Assembly (NCBI GenBank): GCA_020536535.1
Contig: JAHLWZ010000981.1
Span: 1-33,940 of the forward strand
Direction: 5' to 3'
Source of the DNA: Pelomyxa schiedti
Taxonomy: Eukaryota > Protista > Evosea
DNA: 33,940 nt
Every line of letters starts with the position of its first letter. The first letter of the stretch is position 1. The translations under genes were made by a program, and so were the position numbers. Positions 12,027-23,900 of this stretch are shown piece by piece. Under the pieces are notes generated by a model. The model did not search any database and was not told the DNA's origin. It saw only the letters and a list, made by a program, of their open reading frames with translations.

Positions 12027-12790
12027 TTAAACACAAAGGTCTTTAGCAGCCGTCGGCCTCGTACGCGGGAGATACGGTAACAATGACGGCTTTGTCTGGT
12101 TCTCGAGCTTCTGCAATCTCGGGCTCGGTGAAAACATCAATGAAGGAGTCCATGAACTTGGGCCCGTAAACCCAGTAGCTCCTGTGAATCCATTGAAGCT
12201 GTGACAAGAGTAAGAATAAATTATGGAAGACAAATAGAAAACGAACCTGCTGTGAGCCGCCATTGTGTAAGCGCCCATGTTCTCAAAGTAAAGATAGTCT
12301 CCAATTCCCAGTTCAGGCAACATAGCCTCTTGTGTAATGCAATCAAGACTGTCACAAGTAGGCCCAAAGATCATTGTAGGATAAAGCTTTGTGTTGTCAA
12401 TGCCGGGCCTTGGGAGTACTTTGGGTTCTGGGTGCTGGTGATCAAAGAAAATGCAATTGAACGACTGGTAAACTCCATCAGAGATGTAGTAGATGAAGCG
12501 AGAGGGCTCTCCAATGAGTGGGAATCGTCAGATGATGCGGAGAATTAGCTCGGCGTCAGTGTATAAGCGAGCAATTTTGCGCATCTCATCAGCGTGGTCA
12601 AATTTCATCCTTTTGACTTCAACTTCACGAGCATGCGTGATCTGAGACTCCATTTTACACGGATTCGCCGCGTGCTAACCCCCATTCCCAGAATAGAGTC
12701 TATCTCGTTCTTGCTAGCGCAATCAAATCCAGTGCCCAGCCTGGCCAAGGGGTGGAGAACCCCCGGGTTTGGATTGCCCCTTTCTAGTGG
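12027..12790 (-). pseudogene. ODC1: Ornithine decarboxylase pseudogene (5'-truncated, internally deleted, frameshifted)
   Basis: Collinear motifs GTGFDCASKNEI, ANPCKMESQI, LILRI..DDS, YYISDGVYQSFNCIFFDH, IFGPTCDSLD, ENMGAYT, FNGF. Frame breaks at ~12675, ~12530 and ~12512. No PFYAVKCN PLP-lysine motif and no FHVGS / DIGGG segment. Confidence 0.85.
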
Positions 12791-12859
12791 CTGTCAAGCC
12801 GCTCAACAAATAAACGCCCGTCTCCAATCCTCGCTGCCGAGAAATAATGCATATCACGC

Positions 12860-13199
12860 ATGTACCTCGGATCAACTCTGCCACGCGAGCACATCTCCAC
12901 CACCCCCAACGTCGCCGATCCTGTCATCCTCAGGCACCGACACAACGCCGGTGCTGCTGGTGGTCACCCTCTCTCCACGTGCGTGACCCACCTGGCGCCG
13001 ATCTCGTCGGCGATTATGTGGCGCGTGAGGGTGGCGACCGGCGCAGAGCAGCGCCGCAAGTTGGTCTCGTGCCCGAAGGTGGTGGCGCAAGTGTGCCAGG
13101 TAAGGCAAGTCTGCCAAGTGGCGCAAATGGATCTCGTACTTGTTGTTGTTGTGGTTGTACAACCTCTGCCATCATTGTCGTAGGTTCCGAAGTTGACAT
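12860..13199 (-). pseudogene. Frameshifted 5' fragment of an ARDQ-family gene (paralog of 28343-29578)
   Basis: Nucleotide similarity cttcgggcacgagaccaacttgcggcgctgctc vs ctccgggcacgcgaccaacttgcggcgctgctc, and ADEIGARWVTHVER vs TDEIGAHWVLHVDR. The motifs are spread over different frames. Confidence 0.8.
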
Positions 13200-13319
13200 G
13201 GGTGTGAGCTCAGATTAAAGAAAGAGTAGTTGTTGTGATTTCAGTGTCGGCCGACAGTGTCTGTTGATGTTGTTGCACTTCTCGCATTCTTCGAAATCAA
13301 CGGTGCTTGTTCATGCTTT

Positions 13320-13480
13320 TGGTGGTGGCTGCCTGTGAACGAGAAGGTAGCGGTGTGATTGAGATGTGTGGCGAGAGGTCGTGGGTTCGAGACCCGGAGT
13401 GTGCGTTGCCCGAACTTCACGAGCCCGCCGTCGGACTGTACCATCACACATGTCACAGTCACATTCAGGGAGAGCACGAG
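13320..13480 (+). pseudogene. Internal fragment of an ARDQ-family gene, opposite orientation
   Basis: SWVRDPECALPELHEPAVGLYH resembles SWVRSIIVCPVCELHEPVAALIH of the 28343-29578 protein. Confidence 0.5.
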
Positions 13481-13598
13481 TCCCATAATGCGCTGTGTCC
13501 TTTCAGCGGATGTTCATTTTCATTGTTGATTTGCGGGGTGGGTGTTTGATCGAGCGTGCAAACAAACTACTACATTCACGTAATATTTAATAATACAG

Positions 13599-14403
13599 GT
13601 GAAAGAGTACTAGTACAAACTGGTTGATTTATACTTGTAACCAAAAGGTATTGGGACATAATGCAGCGAGTAGTGTCGCGGCTGTGGCATTGCACTATCC
13701 TCGAAAATACTCTTTTGTTGTATCATTTGGCGCCTCTGGGACATACAACTCTTCATTGTGTGTAGTTTTTCTGTCCTAGTACTCAGTGATTTATATGCGG
13801 TAGTTATTTTCACCACAACACTCAAAGGTTTTCTTCAGACTTGGTAAAGTGTGCTTGGTAGGCCAGTCATGTGCCTATGCTGTGGGAGATAACACCCATT
13901 GGGCAAAACCCATTGACCTGGACACCACTCTATTCAAGGTACTTTCAGGAAGCAATCAAATCAATACGAACTCACATAAAGCACATTCCCACTTTTCCAA
14001 TTCCATTTTTCAGAACAATATACAACATACTAATGAACCACCACCAAAGGAGGTGATACTAGCTGCAAATACAGCAATACCAGATGAGAGCCTTGTGCAC
14101 AGCAACGTCATTTGTGCCTCAGGTGCAGTATACTCCACGCCCCAAGAAAGGCAGAGCACACACTTCCCACACCAGGCACAGATAGAGGACATGGAGCTGT
14201 ACTCCGTGGCCTGCCTCTGCCGTTCCATCAAAATCCCTCTGGCTGCTGTGAAGTACGTGGCAAACCTGGCTGATGGTGGACAGGGCCCTGCTGTTGCTCG
14301 CTCTGAGATGAGATCAAATATAATTACTTTCAGAGCTTTGGCTGTGACTGTTCTGGTCTGTGTGGTGAATGTTGTAGTAAATTCCCGTGTTCATTCAGTG
14401 TGA
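13599..14403 (+). pseudogene. MTA/SAH nucleosidase (PNP_UDP_1 phosphorylase superfamily)-like gene, frameshifted and lacking a clear 5' end
   Basis: LVQT|GIGT(fs)NAA, VVSFGASG, ICASG, IEDMELYSVACLCRSIKIPLAAVKYVANLAD match the family motifs GIGKVNAA / INxGxAG / VDME..A / S-D-x-A-D. About 2 nt are missing near 13659 and no start codon was found. Confidence 0.7.
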
Positions 14404-14541
14404 GGGTACTAAAGCACAAGGAAAGGAAAAAAAGAATTTTTTTGGTTCTATTGTTATTTTCATAGACAAACAATACAAAGAGGACACTGTCCCCAAAAAA
14501 ATAAACCAAAAAAAAAAAAGGGAGATTGGCCAGTGATTGTT

Positions 14542-17500
14542 TCAGTGGAATGAATAAACTGATGTGATAGCATTGAGATCAGCCTGCACAGCAGTGAGTG
14601 CGGCTTCATGAGCTGCGAGTACTGCCTTGAGTTTGGCTATGTGTCCGGCAATGACAACATCTCTGTCCCACATGTGGATAGTGTACACGAGTTGTCTGAC
14701 ACACTCTGGTCTTTGCAGATAGAACACAGGGTAGTCTGCAAGTATTGTCGTGAGCTCCTTGAGTACTCCGTGTGGATTGTGCTCATTGGCGGCTGCTAGA
14801 GCTGCCCTTTTCCTTGCTTTAATTTGTTCCCATGTCAGGTTCTCCAGAGTAGCCCGCTTGTCGATGTGGGAAATAGACTCAACGGCAACACCGGCCGCAG
14901 CAGCAAGTTCTTCAGCTTCTCGTACTTCTCGTTCATACTCGGCAAGTCGTGCTGCATCGAGGCGTTTCTTTTGGTCTGCACGTGCTAATTTCTTGTCATA
15001 CAAGGCAAGCACGTCTTTGAGATTGAGAGCTTTCTTGCTGTCGTAAATCATTTGCTCAGGGATAGAGAGTGTGTTGCGGGTAGAGTCGGTGGTTCCATAG
15101 TTCACATCCAGTGAACGTTTTTTTTCTGCTGCTCTTTTTGCACGGTTTTTGGAAAGCATGAGTTTTCTTTCTGCCCACCGCTCTGCCTTTCTCTCCAATT
15201 TTAGTTGTTTTCTCCTCTCTTCCCTCTCTTCCCACAGCCGAACCCAGAAGCTAGACTTTCTCAACTCAGGGTACTTTTTAGGGTCTTTTCCTTTGAATCG
15301 TGGGTGCCACGTTTTGGTTTTTTGTTCAGTGCCATCATAGTTGAGCACTTTGCGGTGAAGAGGGGCTTCCTAAAGCTGTTTAAGACAAGCAAATGAGTAA
15401 CAGAAAAACAAACAGCAGTTATCTGCTCTGCAGTAAGTCGAAAGATGTTTTCCTCAGTGAAGACCACATAGCTGCAGAAAATAAGTGAGGAAGATATGGC
15501 AGGGACACACATTTTTTTTTTGGCTGCGAGGGCTATGTGAAGCTGCCGTAAAGTCTCCTTGTCCCATAGTGTACGTATAGAGAGAAGAATGATCAAACCA
15601 CTACAATTTTCCAGTAGTCTTTCGTGATACTCCCGCCACTGGTAGGTTACGTAGTCATTGTCAAATAGGCTGACCCCACTCTGGTTCATGCAAGTATATA
15701 CATCTATAACAAGTAATAGTCCAAAAAAAAAAAATGCAAAGAAAATAAACCGTACTGTTTTTCAGAAGTTGCGTCATTAGAGCACAACCAGCTTTTGTAT
15801 CGTACTCTCCTTTGTCATCATGTGTGTGTGCAATGAATAGAAAAGGAGTCCCTCCTGATAACATTGTTTCATATGGCTTGAGAAGTCTTAGTAAACAGGC
15901 TTATGTAGTTCTTTGTTGTTGAGTTTGATATGATTTACCATTTCCGAGGGTCGTGGCATTTTTGGTTGTAAAACATCAGGGAGTGTTCGAACTGAATACA
16001 TATTAGTAAAGCCAAGTGAACTGTTACACACTTCTCTGAAGAAGGGTATTCAGTCTCTTGGTAAGAAGACTCACTGATTGTTTGAATTGTGTGGGCTCAG
16101 AAAAATCATCAATAGGAACGCCATAAATCAGTGACTTAACTTCTGCCATAAGATCCACTTTCTCATACCATATAGGACAGATCTATAAATTTGTGAGAGG
16201 ATTGCTTGAATTAAGATCCAAACCATAATCTGCTGGTGTTTCGCAAGGTGCAGCTCTTTAATACACCAATCAGAGACGGAAGACGTTTTACTGATAATAT
16301 AGACCAGCACTGAGGAGCCCAGTACACCATTGCCAATATCGGACCTCCAGTCACTGCCGGCTGCCAGCCTGGTTGTATCAATCCAGCTTTTTTTGTTTTT
16401 TTAGTGAAACTCACTGTGTGTGACAAGCATACCAACACAGACAATTGCGCTCTAGCTCTTCCTTTAACTTGGTTGCAAACTTCAAGTCGGCATGTGCATA
16501 ACTAAGAAATACTTCTCGGTGTTGAGCAATATCTGTTTTATTTCATTAGCGCCTGAAAAATTGAAGCCACAGCTCTACTTCTCAAACGTTCTCTGGTAGA
16601 CTTGGATGTGCACAAATCAAGAGGGTGTCGGCTTTCGAAATCGAGAATATCAAAAGGAGCAGCATGTGAGAGAAGGAATCTTTATCATTATGGTTAAAAA
16701 GGTTTGGAAGGCTGAAATTGCGTACTCGGCCATGTCTGTATTTTTCGTTATAGCTAAGTGAAGTGCTGTTTGTCCCTCCTTGTTACGCTTGGTTTTGTCA
16801 CAGTAGACCAGCTGCTCCACGCAAGGCATATGGTCATTGAGGATAGCAACGTGAAGTGCCGTGTTACCATCCTTTTATCATGTTTCACCATACTGTATAA
16901 CAAACTGACAAAGTACCTTATTCCTAATATCAGGGTTAGCATTGGCGCTCATCAACATTTTGGTAATAGATGCTTTTCCACTGTTTGCCAGTTAAAGAAA
17001 AGGCAAAAGGGGAAAAAGGTAGTCACCGTAAGGCACAAATATGTAAGGGAGTATTGCCATCTCGAGTTTTTGCTTCCAGCCCAGACACCATAGTGCCATT
17101 CCCCTGTTGGACTCGTCTGCGCGCATTTCTGGCAATCAAGGTTTGTGCTATTTGATCTCTTCCTAATAAGAAAGTCAGCACCAGTACAAATGAGAGAGAT
17201 ACGGAACCAAGAAAAGCTGCCCAATGCAGAGGTGAGAAGTCGTAAGGAGGTCTGTTCTTTCTATAGGAGAGCAGATCAATATCTTTGATGGTACGGAGGA
17301 TTTCATCAACGTTGCCATCCTTTGCGTGTTGTATAGCGGTGTGTTTGCGGGCTGTATTAAAGCAGTTAAACGAGGTTTTATGTAATTACAGTGTATCACC
17401 AATGAGAACTAAGCTGTGAGACCCAAGGGAAAATGAAAAACCCATTGATATGCCACTCAAAAATCTAATGAAGTGTGGCCCTACATGCATAGGTTCAGTT

Positions 17501-20500
17501 ACAAGCTCTTTAAAGTCAGAGGTATCCTCAAAGAAGCTTTCATGAATGGACTTGTCTAATTTGGGAGTAAGAAGAACCCAAACGCAAAACAAATAGTTAC
17601 CTAGAGGAACACATGTCCTATCTGTTGTACTTGTTGCAAAGGACTGTCGTGTTCCCCAAACCCAACAATTTCCGGCAGCAGTGACTGCAACAGTGTGCTG
17701 TTTGCCACATGTGACTTGCTTTACACTAGTACAAGAAATGGCTTTAACTTGACGAGGTTCCATTAGGCAGTGATCTAGAAGGAAAGGTCAAGATGATTAG
17801 AATAAAAAAAAAGGGAGGGAGGACTTCATGAGCAATTACCGGTATCACTATGGCCTAAACGAGATTTGCTGAACTGTCCACAAGTGAATACTTTACCAGA
17901 GGACGACACAATTGCTGTGTGATAGTGGCCACAGCTCACATGGGTAACTTCAGGGGAGGCAATTTTTTTCGATGCTTTGTAATAGAAATAAGGAACCTTA
18001 ATTACTTTTAGACAGTTGTTGGTTTGAGCAATGTGTTATTGGTACTTCAGTTGGTGTATAACAGTCGTCATTGTGACCAAGTCCAAGTTGCCCAAAGGCG
18101 TTGTCTTTTCTGTGTTAGTTGATTTCAAATGATTGTTCATTGACATACATCCCCAAGTGTACAGATCTCCGAGAATGCTTATTCCAGCAGAATGGTGTTG
18201 TCCCATTGAAACGTACTTGGGTTGAAGTTACACTCACCAAAAAAAAAAGCAGAGGCAAGTACTTACCTTTAATTGCAAGGAAGAAGAACCAGGGCAGAGC
18301 ACTGGAAACCAGTAGCAACTATTGTTAGAATCATTGTTTGGAAGACCCAACTGGCCGTGAAGATTGCTTCCCCACACAAATAGTGCACCGGCGCCAGTTA
18401 GAGCGCATGAACTCTCTCCTAATAATCATTGTAAGACATCAGCTCGTGTATTCTTGTTTAGTACCTCCAGCAGTGATGAAGACAACATCTTTGTTATACA
18501 GACTGGAAAGCTTATGGGGACAGGAAGAATCAAGAACGTGCTGACTGCAACCCAAAACACCAGAATCTTTGGAGCCCCAGGTGTACACCTCGGAGTTATG
18601 ATCCAATGCCATACTGTGGCCATTCCCACAAGCGATCATATGCACCGGGCAACCGCGGAAAAACTCTTTGGTTAAATAAAATAACAGCCATAAGTAAAAG
18701 AAATTGTATCTCAGGTAGAAGAACTGCACACCAATAGGAGTTGGAGTTAATCTGTCTACTGTATTTCCATGCCCCAGTTGACCAGCATTTCCCTGACCCC
18801 AAGAAAATATTTCACCGTGGTCTGCACAGGAGTTTAGAGGTGGAGTGTACTTGACAGAAGAGAGACAAACCAGTTAAGGCAAGTGTGTGGTGCCTGCCAC
18901 AGGCAATGATAGAGATCAACTGATCTCTCAGAATTTGTATGAAAATTGGCTCTGCCACAGGTTGTTTGTTCCCAGTCCCAACCTAAACATATTAGAAAGA
19001 ATTAACTAAGCAGGAACCTACCTGGCCACAATCATTTCCACCCCAACCCCTTAAGAGGTTAGTAGAAGACATGAAAGAATTCCAGCACACCACAGGGACC
19101 CTTTACCATGCATTTCACTTAGTCCTCTCAGCCTCATGTATTTTGGAGGGGCTCTAAGCATGTAAGATGTAAAGGATTACAGAAGATAATCATACTTCTC
19201 TAAATCGTATTTGCCCCTTGTTCCACAAATGGAAGTATCTTTTTTTTTTTTTTTTTGATTGAAAGGGATTTGGTGTTAGGCAAAGAGAAAAACTAAAGAG
19301 GCAGGCACAATATTCCATTGATGCAAAATGACTCCAACGTAGTTCTTCAAAAGACTGCTGTGAATAGAACTCCATTGAAGTAATGCACTGAAGAGAGTAA
19401 ATTTTTGGTGGTGGCTTTTGAGGATCAATGCGATCAAACTCGGAGCGTTCTGGGAGAGGCAGTTGCTCAAGTGTGTCTGGAAACTAAGTGACAAATGAGT
19501 TGAGAAGACTAAAAAACAATTAACATCCTACCGATTCTGGTTCATAAGCAGGATAGGTTGGTGAAAAATCCATTTCATTCTCCAGTGTTACAGGAAATAG
19601 GGTTGAGGATGGGGCAACTTGCATGTATCAGGAAACAAAAATAACGAGATCAGGCTTACATTTGGTACCACCACATTCGGTATCACTCTCCTCTTCAATA
19701 TCCTCCAGTTCACTATCTTCACTGTCACTGGCTTCAGCCTCATCCTCTGCAAGCATTTGTTGTCGTAGATCAGCACCCTGTTTTTCTAATTGCCGAGCTG
19801 CATCTTCCCCTGAAACTTGTGGATTTGTTGTATCAGGTCCGCCACTGGTGGTAGGTGGTGGTTCTGTTGTTGTTCTATCTCCCGGCACTTTGGCATCTGG
19901 CATGTCTTCCACAGCCTCAAAGCCCGAGAAAAACAGAGCTTCCTCATCAGCTTCTGACTTGGGAGGTGGCGTGCGTGAAACACGTGAAGTACGTAAAGTT
20001 GGAGTGCGTGAAGGTGGGGTCCTGGAAGGTGGTGGAGTTTTTGAAGACTTTGCAGGTGGGGGAGACCGAGAAGACTGTGGAGTGCGAGACTTTGAAGCCT
20101 GCTTCCGGCCCCGCGGGACTGGTTTTGCTGATTCCTCTTCCTCATCAGCCAAAAATCCTAGAATTTTGAGGGAAACTCTGGTGAGGGAAACTTTATGTTT
20201 GTTGGGTGCCAGGAACCAAAAATTTCATCCAAATCCAGCTCTGGTTCTGGCTCAGGTTCCGGTTCCTCCTCTCCAGTCATGAGATACTTTTCTGAGACAA
20301 ACTCCGCACCAGGAGGCAATTCAACTCGCCACCGTAGCCACCTGTTCGCAATGACATGTGTGACCTTAAGATTGTGAAAACTTGAGAAAGCCAAAAGAAA
20401 AGCAGAAGCAGCCGTTGACAGAAGTCGGTTTTTTTTTTTGTTTGTTTAGTGGTTTTTGGTGCCTTGTTGTTAAGTGCGTAGGTGACGGTTCCACCACGAG

Positions 20501-20672
20501 ATTTGATGGCGGCAATGACAGCGTTTTTTTCAGCAAAGGATCTATCCTCAGACGGCAGTACGTAAACGACTGCATTGTCAAACACGGGGCCGGAGATCTC
20601 CTCCCCTGCTTCCTCCGTCTCATGATCTTCGTTTGTGGCACTGATCTCGTCGTTGTTTTCTTGGTCGCCCAT
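14542..20672 (-). CDS. Multidomain protein: BRCT - acidic/Pro-Ser linker - Nup98 GLEBS-like motif - RCC1 repeats - ankyrin repeats - TIR - degenerate TIR-like - coiled coil (TirA-like)
   Basis: ATG 20672. BRCT: VFDNAVVYV...IKSRGGTVTYALNNK|VTHVI...FVSEKYL. LQCITSMEFYSQQSFEELRW at ~19330-19390. RCC1: IACGRHHTLAL, IACGNGHSMAL...VYTWG, GQLGLGH, VSCGHYHT, VTCGKQHTVAV. ANK: NTPLYN, TSHLC, GNTALHVA. TIR: VFLSYAHAD...WID...SDWCIKELHLA. Second unit: FLFIAHTHDD. Last exon 14542-15348. Not every internal splice junction was verified. Confidence 0.75.
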
Positions 20673-20945
20673 GAGCCGCCACGACTTTGCAAATTTTGTT
20701 TTTTTTTTCGTTTCTACGTCGGACCGATGTTGTTCGTTTTTTGGTTTTTCGGTGTAGTTCTTATTACGCTTCTTGATACAGCCCAAGAACAATCAATATC
20801 CTCTGAGATCACCACACACCTTATGGGATCGTGAGGCGACTCCTCAGCAGAACGGTGAGAATCAGGGGTCAACTCTCAGTTCAAGAAATCTCAGGCCTTT
20901 CTCTGAAGTTCCCCATCAACGGTTTTCCCAACCAAGAAAAAAAGA

Positions 20946-23900
20946 ATGGCTGATCGCAGGACACACGAACCACAGGCCGAATCCGTGGGGATGACGGTTT
21001 CGCCAGCAACGGGAACGCCAACTACCACCAGCCTACTATCGACCCCCAATGCACAACAGACAGCCGAACTCAGCCCAACCTGCGATCTCCTCTACCGCAT
21101 AGCCTCACAGTCGGTCAAGAACCTCGTCCAAGAGTACCAGGACACCCAGACCTCGTGCTCCCTCCCGGCCTTCCGCGGCCCAGTGCCAGTGACCGGCCCC
21201 GTGCCCCTCTCCGCCTCCTCCTCCCCTCCCCGCCCGCGGCTGGGCCCCGTCCCGTGGAGCCGCTGGATCCTCCGGGTCGAGGCGGGACTCGTGGGGTGCA
21301 CGGACCGGCTGGTTATGAGCTACTCGCTCACGACGCTCCACTCCCTGCTCTCGCTGCTCCGCGCTCGCCGCAAGTTCCTCGCTTCGCTGCCGCCGCGCCC
21401 GCCGTCGCCTCAGTCCTCGATGCCTCGCCTGCTGCACGGAATTATGGGCGGCGGCGACGACGACGACGAAAACGAAAGTCAGTGCAAGATAGATGACGGG
21501 GTGATGTTGAAATTATGGGAGCTGGTGTCGTGGGTGACTTTGGCATTCAAGACCGGGAGAATGAAAAGCATAATCGTGGCTTCTGGGCAGTGCCTCAGGC
21601 TTTTCGTCCTCGAGGGCCATGCTGCCCAGATTCCAAACTGGCAATGCCGAGTTCCCGAAATAGCAAAGGCAGTCCAAACCGTGTTTACGGAATGCACATC
21701 AATGTCGCTGGTTGTGGCTGTAGCATGCAGGGTCACGGCCGCGTTGCACAAGATACGGGTCATTAGAGCTCTGGTCCCCATCGACGACCTCCTGCCCCAG
21801 ATAGACCGCAAGATTCAAAGCTTCTGCTCTTGGGCTGACTGGGAACGAGAGCCGGGAGCACCAGAAATAGCCGACGCTATGTGCAGGCTTCTGGAGGCTA
21901 AGTATCGCCGTGGGCAGCAGGAACCTTACCAGGTCTCCAGGAGGGATGTGGAGTGGGTCGCAATGCTTTTAAAGATGAACTTACCATTAAGGCTTACTGA
22001 GAAGCTGGTTGTGATAACAAATACTATCGCCACAGATGCTTTGGCTGTTCAAGACAGCCATTTGCTTATTTCGCCAGCTTTGGCATGCTTGAAGCGCCAC
22101 TGTTATTGTGACTGTTATTTAAGCAGCACACCCAAAACATGTGTTACATCTCCAAATCTATGCGTTGCTCTGCATGCCCTTCTTAAGCACGCCAACAATG
22201 CAATTTTTCTGCCATCACAATTGAAGATTTTCCATTCAGTGCTCTCTTGTGGCCTTATGGAAGCCATAGTAGTCGTAATGAATTCTCACCCATCAAATGT
22301 CGATGTGCAAGTAATCGGCTGCCAAATGATACAATTACTACTCAGTGGCTCATATCGCCAATTCTCCACAATCCACCCAGTAGTTCAAGCAGTTCTAAGA
22401 GCTATAGACAGCTGTCCAGACATGGGACCTTTTCAAGATTTTGCTCTATCTGTTCTCCTTGCATTAGTGAATTATCCAAGGTTTGCTTCACATCGAACTG
22501 TTTTGGGTGCTGTACTTCGATTGAAGAATAGAAGTGAAACGGTGTGGGAAGTGATTGCCAAAGCCTCTGAATCTCATCTCGAAGTTAATGACGCAGTTGA
22601 AATTCTGCATGATCTTGTTGCATACCTGAGGCCGATAATACCATTGTCGCCGGAACTGGCAGGGAATGCACTCAAGGTGGTATTACATGTTGTTGGCCAC
22701 ACTGGAGATTCTGCTGCAGCTCTCCAGGATCTATACTGGGTATCTGAAAATTTCAACCCGTTTTCCTATCCTGAAGTGTGCGAGTTTATAGAGCGCATGG
22801 CTGTTTTGAGTGTGCCACACTTGATAGATATGGGTGCTCTGAATATACTTATGCCAGCACTATCGAGTTCAAAAAGCATAGTCCCAGGATGTAATGCTGT
22901 GATGACGCTTTTCCAGGATAACGAAATGAAGGACGCTATTTCCTCGAAAATGAAGCCGGTAGTGATTGCAGCAATAGAAATGTTAGGACCTACTTCAACT
23001 ACAAGCGAAGTATACCACCTATGGCGCACACTTGCAGCCTTGATAACCTCTGGGCGGAGTACCCATTTGTCGAGTGAACTACAACCAGTGGTTACTTGTA
23101 TTTTATCAGGAGAATGTAGCATGCTTTCCCACAGGGTTTACGAACATATTTTATTTTTATCAAAATCTGAGTCCTGTTCTTTCCTGCCTGTGATGCAAAA
23201 CATTCCAGAACTCTTCCCACCTCAATCCTTCTCCAAGGTGGCAGCCGATATAGTAGATCGAATGATCACTTCTCTTGGCAAAGATTGCAGAAATTCTTTT
23301 CCCATACCAGTTCCATTAGTCGAACTCCTTCTTGAATTCGCATTGAGTGTTGACGAGTATATCTCGCAGAGTACATGGAGATCTCTTATACGGTTACTCA
23401 AATTTAAATCTGGGCTCGAAACTGCATTGAAATTGTGTGTAATAGACATACTTCCCCATCTGGCCGAAAATATTGAAAAAAAAGAAAAACGGACGCAGCA
23501 AGAAGCATTGAAAATGCTAGTTCGTACCTTCAATTGTCTTCAGCCGCACAACATTCCCAGAGATACCTTTTTGAGTTACATTCAAGCATTGCTAGAACAG
23601 TTCTCTTATATTCAGAGAGCCTCCTTTGGCGTGGTATGGAGGGGAATTGCCTGCTATTTCACGGGCTCTTCCTCCAGCACCCTGTGGGAAGATGTACTCC
23701 TCGTTATGAAGAAATGTCCGGGCTTGTATAAAGTTCAAATTTTGGCATTGAAGACCTTGCACCACAGTTTAGCCCTGGAACATATCAAAGCAATAAATCC
23801 GTCTATAGAGATCATTTCCGGTACACTCAGCAAAGAAGGCAAACTCTCGAGAAATGTAAGATGGTGTAAGTGGGCTTTCCGTGTAGTCACACAATCACAT

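Noticed and set aside
11725-12080. Short plus-strand ORFs between the RRM gene and the ODC relic
   Set aside because: Non-ATG starts, no recognisable motif and no convincing exon structure.
12027-12790. Functional antizyme inhibitor (catalytically dead ODC homolog)
   Set aside because: Antizyme inhibitors keep the full fold and an open frame. This copy is frameshifted and lacks much of the barrel.
12027-14403. Alternative genetic code, RNA editing or programmed frameshifting to explain the broken genes
   Set aside because: The lesions include a large deletion and missing 5' ends. Conserved genes nearby translate with the standard code and end in TAA, TGA or TAG. The TGA at 13625 is best placed in a 25-nt intron.
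19623-20282. 219-aa plus-strand ORF
   Set aside because: Antisense to the low-complexity linker exon of the BRCT-RCC1-TIR gene.
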